From Myxococcota bacterium (lineage in GTDB: Bacteria > Myxococcota > UBA4151), in the NCBI GenBank assembly GCA_036338695.1, contig JAYZBQ010000048.1, forward strand, positions 192,001 to 256,000: a DNA stretch of 64,000 bases, given 5' to 3'. This document shows positions 1 through 10,661 of the stretch, piece after piece. The first letter of the stretch is position 1. Every line of letters starts with the position of its first letter. The notes under the pieces are model-generated. The model made no database searches. It was not told the DNA's origin and saw only the letters and a list, made by a program, of their open reading frames with translations. Both the position numbers and the translations under genes were made by a program.

Positions 1-192
1 CAGCTGAATCGCCCGACGAAACGGTCTCTTCTGCCGAAGCCGGATGATCGCCTCGGCACGCTTAGGACCCACACCGGGCAAGAGGGACAAGCTCGCAACG
101 CCCGCTTGGTTAATATTGACCTGGCCCTCAAGCGCCGGCGCTGAGAGCGCAGGAATAGCCCACAAAAGGGCGATGAGGCTGAGGAGTCTCAT
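1..192 (-). CDS. comEA: ComEA-family helix-hairpin-helix DNA-binding/uptake protein (runs off the window edge)
   Basis: Not in the ORF track. Manual translation from ATG at 192 gives MRLLSLIALLWAIPALSAPALEGQVNINQAGVASLSLLPGVGPKRAEAIIRLRQKRPFRRAIQL: a signal peptide plus the VNIN..A..L..LPGVG.K.A..II..R HhH motif. ATGA overlap with the upstream ORF. Confidence 0.85.
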   Translation of the reverse strand, partial: MRLLSLIALLWAIPALSAPALEGQVNINQAGVASLSLLPGVGPKRAEAIIRLRQKRPFRRAIQL

Positions 193-425
193 GACGCCCC
201 CTGCGTCGACGCATCCTGCTCGCGGCGCTCGAACAAAAAGAGGGTCTCTTGGATCGGCAAGGCGTCGAGCCTGAGCTTATAGCCGCCGCGGTCGCGACGC
301 CAGGCTGCGCCGATGCGGGTGTAGGCTGCGCGCTCCTCGCCGCTGCGATCGGTGTAACCGCGGACGGTGACAACATCGAAACACGGAGCCAATGCGACGC
401 TCGCCGCAGGTTCTTGATGAGGCAT
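189..425 (-). CDS. Small hypothetical protein, possibly ssDNA-binding (beta-rich, Y..IG.AW...GG..L.LDALP)
   Basis: 78 aa with an AAGGAG RBS. Its stop overlaps the comEA start. The function is inferred. Confidence 0.65.
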   Translation of the reverse strand: MPHQEPAASVALAPCFDVVTVRGYTDRSGEERAAYTRIGAAWRRDRGGYKLRLDALPIQETLFLFERREQDASTQGAS

Positions 426-464
426 GATCTTCTCCTTCGCCGTTGAGTCGGCTGGTGTCGGTCT

Positions 465-480
465 TGCGGCTTTTATGCCA
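465..480 (-). promoter_or_regulatory. Putative sigma54 (-24/-12) promoter for the small-protein/comEA operon
   Basis: Minus strand reads TGGCATAAAAGCCGCA (GG-N10-GC), 40 nt upstream of the ATG at 425. An AT-rich tract lies immediately upstream. Confidence 0.5.
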
Positions 481-591
481 CATCAAAAAACATGTATTTT
501 TAGATGTTTATAAGTATTTTACTGATTCGCTTGCAACGAGCTTGTGTCACGTCATCCTTGGTTGGATACAGCGAGGGACAAGGAGCGAGCC

Positions 592-3438
<2,847 letters not shown>

Positions 3439-3506
3439 GCCGTCCGTCTTGTCGGCCTGGGCTTGGCCGGGTATCTTCTTCGCCGCTGATTATCGGAACG
3501 AAGACC

Positions 3507-5726
3507 ATGCGCACGACCAGCCTCCTTTGCTGTCTCTTTGCGATCGCTTGCGGATCGGGCGAAGACCCGGTGGACCCGACACGCGACACCGGGCGCACCT
3601 CTACGCGTTTTGACGCCGGCGACGCGCAGGCGGTCTGCGGAAACGGTACGGTCGAAGCCGGCGAGGACTGCGACGACGGCAACCGCTTCAACGACGACGG
3701 CTGCAGCAACACCTGCCAGCGCGCCAATTGCGGAGACGGACAGGTCAACCCTCTCGAGGAAGATTGCGACGACGGCAACCGCGTGGACACCGACGGGTGC
3801 CGAAACAACTGCAGCTATGCGCGCTGTGGTGACGGGGTCACGCGTACGGACCTGCCGACCGACGCGCCCGGCTTTGAGGCCTGCGATGACGGCAACGCCG
3901 TCGAGACCGACGCCTGCTTATCCAGCTGCCAAGCGGCGCGCTGCGGCGACGGCATCACGCGCACCGACCGCGCGCTGGGCGAGCTCGGACACGAAGCCTG
4001 TGACGACGGGAACCAAGACGAGACCGACGGCTGCCTGAGCACCTGCCAACTCCCAAGCTGCGGCGACGGTGAGCTGAGCGAGGGCGAAGCCTGTGACGAC
4101 GGCAACCAAGACAACACCGACGCGTGCCTGAACAACTGTGAGCGAGCGCGCTGTGGCGACGGCGTCGTACGAAGCGACCTCCAACCGAGTGAGCCGAGCG
4201 GTGAGGCCTGCGACGACGGCAACGACGTGGATACCGACGCGTGCACCGCAGGCTGCCGGACAGCGCGCTGCGGCGATGGGATCGTGCGGACCGACCGCAG
4301 CCTCGGACAGGACGGATACGAAGCCTGCGATGACGGCAATGAGATCAACGACGACCAATGCTCCAACCAATGCGAGCAGTCAGCTTGTGGCAACGGGCGC
4401 ATCGAGGCAGGTGAGGCTTGCGATGACGGCAACCAGGTCGACACGGACGCTTGTCGCAACAGCTGCGTTGCGGCGACCTGCGGTGACGGCGTCACGCGCG
4501 AGGACCTCAACGAAGGTCAGGTCGGTTTTGAGAGCTGTGATGACGGCAACCAAGTGGACTCCGACAGCTGCCTGAACCGCTGCCTTTTGGCGCGGTGCGG
4601 CGACGGCGTCAGACGGACCGACCTGCAGCCTGGTGAGGCGGGTTATGAAGTCTGTGACGACGGCAACGAGGACCCCGCAGACGCTTGCGACGGCTGCTTG
4701 ACCACCTGCGCTCGTCACACCAACTGCCCGGGCGACTTTGGCCGCTGCCGAGTCCCCGAAGGGGCGCAGCGCGGCACCTGTCACGACCTGAGACACCACG
4801 CCTGCACGAACGAGACGGACTGCGACTTCACCGACGCAAACGGCGTCGAGACCTTTGCGACCTGCCAAGGGAATCGATGCAAAGCGAGCGAGATGAGCGC
4901 CTGCATCGAAGGGGTCGACTGCGAGCGCAACACCACCTGCCAGACGATCAACAACAGCCGCTATTGCGCTCAAACCTGTGCGCAAAATACCGACTGCCAG
5001 ACCCGCTATGCGTCCTGCCAAATGGTCGAGAACCGCAGGCTGTGCTGGTACAACTTCTGCGGGAACCCGCGCGAGTTGAGCAATGGCTTCAACAACGTCA
5101 ACAATGGCAACCTCGGCGGCAGCTGCGCTGCGGACCTCAACAACCCGCAGGACGGTCACTGCTACGAGGTCGGCGCCGGCAACAACGAGTGGGTCGGGCT
5201 TTGTTTCGAGGGAGGCACGCTGACAGCGGGCTCAGCTTGCCAGCTCGGCGTGGCGCGCAGCAACAACGCGCAGCAGTGCGGGCGCGGGACGATCTGTACG
5301 GGGTTTGACCAGGCTGAGCGCCACCACTGCCGCGCCACCTGCTCGAGGCCCGGCGGGCACGGCAGCATCACCTGCGCTCAGGGCAGCAGCTGCATGGCGG
5401 CGATCGAGAACGACTACTACTTCTTCGCCTGTATTCCTGCCGCTGAGCAGTGTGACATCACGGCTCGCTCGAGCTGCGGCGCCAACGGACGCTGCGCAAC
5501 CCTCCTGACGACTCAGCGAACCAGCCACTGTACGCCGCTCGTCGCCGTCAACGAGCGCGTCGGAGCCGGTGAGGCCTGCACGGGCAACAACCAGTGCCCC
5601 GATGGCTATTATTGCGGCGAAGGGAGCCGGTGCATCAGGGTCTGCGCAAACGATGGGCACTGCGACGGCAACGACCGCTGCTCCATCGAAGGGAACGCAC
5701 CCGTCGGTGTCTGCGCAGCGCCGTAG
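3507..5726 (+). CDS. Lipoprotein with Myxococcus Cys-rich (DUF4215-like) repeats and a Cys-rich C-terminal region
   Basis: Lipobox-like AIAC; ten CG(D/N)G...CDDGN units. Confidence 0.85.
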   Translation: MRTTSLLCCLFAIACGSGEDPVDPTRDTGRTSTRFDAGDAQAVCGNGTVEAGEDCDDGNRFNDDGCSNTCQRANCGDGQVNPLEEDCDDGNRVDTDGCRNNCSYARCGDGVTRTDLPTDAPGFEACDDGNAVETDACLSSCQAARCGDGITRTDRALGELGHEACDDGNQDETDGCLSTCQLPSCGDGELSEGEACDDGNQDNTDACLNNCERARCGDGVVRSDLQPSEPSGEACDDGNDVDTDACTAGCRTARCGDGIVRTDRSLGQDGYEACDDGNEINDDQCSNQCEQSACGNGRIEAGEACDDGNQVDTDACRNSCVAATCGDGVTREDLNEGQVGFESCDDGNQVDSDSCLNRCLLARCGDGVRRTDLQPGEAGYEVCDDGNEDPADACDGCLTTCARHTNCPGDFGRCRVPEGAQRGTCHDLRHHACTNETDCDFTDANGVETFATCQGNRCKASEMSACIEGVDCERNTTCQTINNSRYCAQTCAQNTDCQTRYASCQMVENRRLCWYNFCGNPRELSNGFNNVNNGNLGGSCAADLNNPQDGHCYEVGAGNNEWVGLCFEGGTLTAGSACQLGVARSNNAQQCGRGTICTGFDQAERHHCRATCSRPGGHGSITCAQGSSCMAAIENDYYFFACIPAAEQCDITARSSCGANGRCATLLTTQRTSHCTPLVAVNERVGAGEACTGNNQCPDGYYCGEGSRCIRVCANDGHCDGNDRCSIEGNAPVGVCAAP
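3636..4700 (+). repeat. Intragenic tandem array of 10 CGDG...CDDGN repeats
   Basis: Recurring tgcggcgacggc and tgcgacgacggcaac units. Confidence 0.9.
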
Positions 5727-5732
5727 GTCCCG

Positions 5733-6665
5733 CTAGCCCGCTCGACGCAGGTGCTCGAGATAGTGGTCTTGAGCCTCTTGGCAGCGAATGGTCGCCTCGC
5801 CGACATACTTGTCAGAGACGTCGTAGCCGACAAAGTCTCGCCCCATGCGCGCCGCGGCGATGCCGGTCGTTCCTGAGCCCATAAAGGGGTCCAAGACCAA
5901 GTCACCCTCGGTGCTGCCATACTTCACAAAGAAATCAGCCAACTCCATCGGCATGAGCGCGGGGTGAATGTCCTTCTTGGGGCGCTTCGTCGCCTTGTTC
6001 CAGGTATCCCCCGAGCCCTGACCCGTCGCACCCTTTGAGTAGATCACATTGCCCGGGTCACGACCTTTGGGGTTGTACTTCCAAGCGCGCTTATCCATCC
6101 GGCCCGGTAGCGTCGAACTGCACAGCTTACAGGTCTGATCATGTCCTTGGTAGCGGCTCGGCTCGCGCACCTCATCCTTATAAACCGCATAATGGTCAGC
6201 GTCTTTGACGAAGTGGTAGATGATCTCGTTGACGTTTTTGAGGCGCCGCCGATAGTTGTCCGGTTTGGGCCGTGTTTTCGTCCAATAGAAGGGCTGGACG
6301 TAATCAAACCCAAGCTCCTCCACCGCGACGATCGGGATCTTCGCCTCGGTCAGGCTAAAACGACCATCGCAGTACTGTCCTTGAAAGTTCAAAAAGAAGT
6401 TACCGCTTGGCTTGAGTACCCGGTGACACTCACTCATGATCGGCTTGAGCGCGGCGATAAACTCATCACCGCGTAGGCGCCCGATGTCACCGTCAGCGGT
6501 GTGGTAGACCTTACGCGCCTCATAGGGCGGCGAGGTAAAAATCAAGTCAACCGAGGCGTCAGGCAGATCAGCCATCTGCGCGGCGGAACCATGAAAGATC
6601 GTGTTACGATAAGACAAAGTGAAGACTCCGATACCCGGTCGAGAACCCGGGGTTGTCGAAGCCAT
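5733..6665 (-). CDS. Site-specific DNA methyltransferase, beta class (probably N4-cytosine), apparently orphan
   Basis: Catalytic TSPPY is N-terminal; SAM-binding DPFMGSGTT is C-terminal; HPA motif present. Confidence 0.9.
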   Translation of the reverse strand: MASTTPGSRPGIGVFTLSYRNTIFHGSAAQMADLPDASVDLIFTSPPYEARKVYHTADGDIGRLRGDEFIAALKPIMSECHRVLKPSGNFFLNFQGQYCDGRFSLTEAKIPIVAVEELGFDYVQPFYWTKTRPKPDNYRRRLKNVNEIIYHFVKDADHYAVYKDEVREPSRYQGHDQTCKLCSSTLPGRMDKRAWKYNPKGRDPGNVIYSKGATGQGSGDTWNKATKRPKKDIHPALMPMELADFFVKYGSTEGDLVLDPFMGSGTTGIAAARMGRDFVGYDVSDKYVGEATIRCQEAQDHYLEHLRRAG

Positions 6666-6772
6666 TGTGGAGGAGGATCACCCAAAGTGAAGAAACTGGC
6701 GCGTCGCCATAGGCGGCTCGCACCCTTTCTCCAAAAAATTTAGAGTTCTTGATATAACAGGAGCTTACGAGT

Positions 6773-7498
6773 TTAGAACGCGGCCGCGGCCGCTTGAATT
6801 TCTCGCTCGAGCCAGCGGACGGCGTCGGTCACCGCTTGGATATAGGTCGCCCCCTGACTTCGTCGCGCGCCGCAGGCAGAGGCGAGTCGACAGCCCGTGC
6901 CGCGGTGATGTCCGGGCACACGCGGGTGGCGATAGAAGTGGGGACCACCGTCACGATCGATCAGGACGTCCTCGAGAACATCGCCCTCGCCGTGACCTCC
7001 TTTAACGAGCACCCTGCGCGCGCCGAGCTGCTGGAGGCGACTGCCCAGCTCGACCGGATCGAGCGTAGTTCCGCCCACGAGCTCACGCGCTTCAACCAGG
7101 TTGGGGGTCAGCAGGTCTGCCCGCGCCAGCAGCCGCGCGTAGGAGGGCGCAGACCAGTCACTCTCGTAGACACGAACCCCCGAGGATGTGCGCAACAACG
7201 GGTCGATGATGAGCTCGACCTCATCACCGACCTGGCGCAACAATTCCGTCACCTGCGCCTCATCGCTCAGCCAGCCCACCTTGACCACCTGCGGGCGCGC
7301 CGCACGCAGCACCACGCGCAGCTGCTCGGCGAAAAAGGCAGGGTCGACGGGGTACACGGCGCAGGATGCATCATCCTGCGCTGTCAGCGCGCTGCAGACC
7401 ACCTGAGCCTCGACACCGAAGGCCTGGCAGGCTTGACGATCCGCCAGCAACCCAGCGCGCCCAAGCGGGTCAAGCCCTCCGATACAAAGAAGGCTCAC
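6773..7498 (-). CDS. thiD: Hydroxymethylpyrimidine/phosphomethylpyrimidine kinase
   Basis: IGGLDP.G.AG..AD, TPNLVEA, VLVKGGH, GTGC. GTG start overlaps the thiE stop. Confidence 0.88.
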   Translation of the reverse strand: MSLLCIGGLDPLGRAGLLADRQACQAFGVEAQVVCSALTAQDDASCAVYPVDPAFFAEQLRVVLRAARPQVVKVGWLSDEAQVTELLRQVGDEVELIIDPLLRTSSGVRVYESDWSAPSYARLLARADLLTPNLVEARELVGGTTLDPVELGSRLQQLGARRVLVKGGHGEGDVLEDVLIDRDGGPHFYRHPRVPGHHRGTGCRLASACGARRSQGATYIQAVTDAVRWLEREIQAAAAAF

Positions 7499-8094
7499 GC
7501 GGACTCCCAGCCTCGCACCAGCTCGCGCAGCGAAGCCACCGGATCCGGCGACGACCACACGGCCGAGATCACCGCAGCGGCCCAAGCACCGGACGCTTTG
7601 ACTTGGCGCACGTGCGCGCCTTTGATTCCCCCGATGGCGACGACCGGCTTGCCTTGAGCCTGCAACACCGCCTCTTCCAGGGCGCGCACGCCGCGTGCGG
7701 GCAGCGCGTCTGCCTTGGAGGCGGTCGGATAGATGGGGCCAAAACCCAAATAGCTCACGCGCGTATCATCAGCAGCCACCTTGACTTGCTCAAGATCGTG
7801 TGTCGACCGACCGATTCGCTGCCCACCAACGCCGGGCGCAACGCCATCATCCTGGCCGAGATGAACGCCAGCAACGCCAGCAACGACCCACTCGGGGTGG
7901 TCATTAACGAAAAGCGGGACGCTCGATGCATTGCAGGCTTCAATGAGCGCGCTGAGTACCGCTGGACGCTGCCGTGCGCCCTTGGCGCGTAGCTGCACGG
8001 CGCAGGGCAAGTCCTGTCCCAGCGCCGTAAAAAATTCACGTGGTGCGGCGTGCGCAGCCGGCAAGTCCCAGATCAGGTAGATCCCACGCTTCAT
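7495..8094 (-). CDS. thiE: Thiamine-phosphate synthase
   Basis: VQLRAK, FVND, GVHLGQDD, GRSTH, GPIYPTASK, VAIGGI. ATGA overlap with the upstream regulator. Confidence 0.92.
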   Translation of the reverse strand: MKRGIYLIWDLPAAHAAPREFFTALGQDLPCAVQLRAKGARQRPAVLSALIEACNASSVPLFVNDHPEWVVAGVAGVHLGQDDGVAPGVGGQRIGRSTHDLEQVKVAADDTRVSYLGFGPIYPTASKADALPARGVRALEEAVLQAQGKPVVAIGGIKGAHVRQVKASGAWAAAVISAVWSSPDPVASLRELVRGWESA

Positions 8095-9431
8095 TTCTTG
8101 AGCATCCCGAGCGCTTTGAGCTTCTTGTGCAGGGTGTTGCGGTTCAGCCCGAGCTTGCGTGCAGCTGGCAATTGCTTCCCGCCGCACCGTTCAAGGACCA
8201 GACCGAACAAGCCGCGCTCTACCTCAGCGAGCACCTCGTGGTAGAGACGCTCTGGCAATTCCTCGTCGGCGGGTAAGCTCGCAGCCACCCGTTGGCGCAC
8301 AAGGTCGGCGAGGGGCAGACGCAACCAAGGGCCGCCGACACCGGCCGGCTGGCGCTCAGAGAGCTCCGCATCCACCAGCGGCATCAGCGCCTCGCCGCTG
8401 CGCCGAAGCAGGGTAATCCGCTCGAGGAAATGCCCGAGCTGGCGCACGTTCCCCGGCCACGACTCTTGCTGCAGGCGTTTGATCAAGCGGCGCTCCTGCG
8501 CAAACTGAGGCGCCAGATCCGCCACCAGCTCAGGGACATCCTCAAGACGCTCAGCCAGCGAGGGTACCCCGACGCGATGAACCGCTAGGCGATGATACAG
8601 GTCCGCACGAAACTCGCCGCGCGCAACCAGCGCCTGAAGCGGCTCATGATGCGTCGCCATCACCTGAACATCAACGCGTACGGGCTGCCCACCAAGCGGC
8701 AGGACCTCACCGGTCTCGAGCACCCGGAGCAGGCGCGCTTGCTGCGCCAAGGGAAGATCTCCGACCTGGTCGAGCACTAAGACGCCGCCGTCCGCCTCGA
8801 CAAAGCGTCCGATGCGGTCCTTCGTGGCGTCGGTGAACGCCCCTTCTGCGTGCCCAAACAACTCGGAGTCGAGCAGGCTCTCGGGGATGGCCGCCGCATT
8901 CACCGTGATGCAAGCAACGTGACGGCGGCGACCGAGTTGATGCAGCGCCTGGATCACGCGCTGCTTTCCGACGCCGGTCGCGCCGATGATCAAAATACGG
9001 TGATCGCCGCTGGCTAAGAGCCGGATCTGCTCGCGCAGTGCCCGCATGGCAGCAGAGCCTCCCGTGAGCCCCAGATCATCGCTGAGCTCAGCGGCGCCCT
9101 GCCCCAGAAGAGGTAAGGGCTGATCGGCGCGCAAAAACCCGGCCGCGCCGGCGCTGCTCAAGCGCGTGCGCTGCTCGATCGAATCGCAGCGGAAATAGAT
9201 CGGGAGGTGGCTGGCGCGTGCGAGCAGCTCAATCCCCTCACCGTCCGCCAGCTCAGCGTCGCTCAACACCGCATCAAACGCGCCGCCGATCAGCTCTCGC
9301 GCGGCGCTCATGGTCCCAGCCGCCGACACCTCAAAGCCCGCCGCGCCGTAGGCGAGCATCATCGCCTCGCGCGCTGCCCCGTCGCCCACGACGATGAGTA
9401 CAGCCTTGTTCGTTGCCTCGTTTTCGATCAT
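8091..9431 (-). CDS. NtrC/Fis-family sigma54 enhancer-binding protein with a degenerate receiver and an atypical Walker B
   Basis: GATGVGK, SELFGH, GAFTDA, LDQVGD, WPGNVRQL; C-terminal HTH AARKLGLNRNTLHKKL. Confidence 0.9.
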   Translation of the reverse strand: MIENEATNKAVLIVVGDGAAREAMMLAYGAAGFEVSAAGTMSAARELIGGAFDAVLSDAELADGEGIELLARASHLPIYFRCDSIEQRTRLSSAGAAGFLRADQPLPLLGQGAAELSDDLGLTGGSAAMRALREQIRLLASGDHRILIIGATGVGKQRVIQALHQLGRRRHVACITVNAAAIPESLLDSELFGHAEGAFTDATKDRIGRFVEADGGVLVLDQVGDLPLAQQARLLRVLETGEVLPLGGQPVRVDVQVMATHHEPLQALVARGEFRADLYHRLAVHRVGVPSLAERLEDVPELVADLAPQFAQERRLIKRLQQESWPGNVRQLGHFLERITLLRRSGEALMPLVDAELSERQPAGVGGPWLRLPLADLVRQRVAASLPADEELPERLYHEVLAEVERGLFGLVLERCGGKQLPAARKLGLNRNTLHKKLKALGMLKK

Positions 9432-9461
9432 GGACCTCGCCAAGACTTATGGAGTGTCCCT

Positions 9462-10661
9462 ATGCAACATCAGGAAGTCGTTCTCGTCGAGGCCCTTCGA
9501 TCACCGATCGGTCGGCTCGGAGGTCAGCTCGCCAATGTCCGGCCTGATGACCTGCTCGCAGAGGTGGTTCGCCAGGTCGTTACGCGCAGCGGTATCGACC
9601 CGAAACTGATCGACCAAGTCTACGCCGGCGCAGCCAATCAGGCAGGTGAAGACAACCGCAACGTGGCGCGCATGGCGACGCTGCTCGCCGGGTTGCCGGA
9701 CAGCGTCCCTGGGGTGACGGTCAACCGGCTCTGTGCGTCCGGACTCGAGGCGGTCGTCCAAGGCTATCGCCAGATCGCTCTCGGCGAGGCGCAGTGCGTG
9801 GTCGCAGGGGGCGTCGAGAGCATGAGCCGGGCTCCCTACGTCCTGGCCAAAGCGTCCAAAGCCTTCCCCGTCGGCGGTCTCGAAGCCCAAGACACCTGCC
9901 TTGGGTGGCGGTTCAAGAACCCGAAACTCGAAGCCATTTTCCCGCTCGAGGCGATGGGTTGCACCGCTGAAAACCTCGCCGACGACTATCAGATCAGCCG
10001 CCGCGAACAGGATGAATTTGCGCTCGCGTCTCAGAACAAGGCGATCGCTGCCATCGACGCCGGCGACTTCAAGCGCGAGATCGTGCCCATCGAGGTCGCT
10101 TATCGAAAGCACACCGAGACGGTGGACACCGACGAGGGGCCGCGACGCGGCTCGAGTCTAGAGGCTCTCAGCGGCTTGCGCGCCGTCTTTCGAGGCGGCG
10201 GAAGCGTCACAGCCGGCAACGCGTCCACGCTCAACGATGGCGCCTCTGCGCTGATGGTGTGCAGCCGAACATTCGCCGAGGCGCATGGGCTCAAAGTACG
10301 CGCCACCGTGCGCAGCGTGGGCAGCGCCGGGGTCGATCCAACCCGCATGGGGATCGGGCCCGTCCCGGCGAGCCAGCAAGCGCTCAAGCGCGCCGGCTTG
10401 AGCGCCAGCGACCTTGACCTGATCGAGCTCAACGAAGCCTTCGCAGTCCAAAGCCTTGCATGCATCCGAGAGCTCGAGCTCGACCCAGCACGCGTCAACG
10501 TGCGCGGCGGCGCCATCGCGCTCGGACACCCCTTAGGCTGCTCCGGGGCGCGTATTCTCACCACGCTGCTGCACGCGCTCGAGGACCGCGATCAATCGCT
10601 CGGCCTCGCCACCCTCTGCGTCGGCGTGGGTCAAGGGCTAGCGATGATCATCGAGCGTTAA
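9462..10661 (+). CDS. Acetyl-CoA C-acyltransferase (thiolase, PaaJ/PcaF-like)
   Basis: NQAGEDNRNVAR, NRLCASG, NEAF, GHPLG, CVGVGQG. GGAG RBS before ATG 9462. Confidence 0.95.
   Translation: MQHQEVVLVEALRSPIGRLGGQLANVRPDDLLAEVVRQVVTRSGIDPKLIDQVYAGAANQAGEDNRNVARMATLLAGLPDSVPGVTVNRLCASGLEAVVQGYRQIALGEAQCVVAGGVESMSRAPYVLAKASKAFPVGGLEAQDTCLGWRFKNPKLEAIFPLEAMGCTAENLADDYQISRREQDEFALASQNKAIAAIDAGDFKREIVPIEVAYRKHTETVDTDEGPRRGSSLEALSGLRAVFRGGGSVTAGNASTLNDGASALMVCSRTFAEAHGLKVRATVRSVGSAGVDPTRMGIGPVPASQQALKRAGLSASDLDLIELNEAFAVQSLACIRELELDPARVNVRGGAIALGHPLGCSGARILTTLLHALEDRDQSLGLATLCVGVGQGLAMIIER

Noticed and set aside
3636..4700. Periodic repeats as a possible CRISPR array
   Set aside because: The units are degenerate, in frame and protein-coding; there are no identical repeats with unique spacers and no cas genes.
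5733..6772. Complete restriction-modification system
   Set aside because: There is no room for, or sign of, a nuclease between the lipoprotein gene and thiD.
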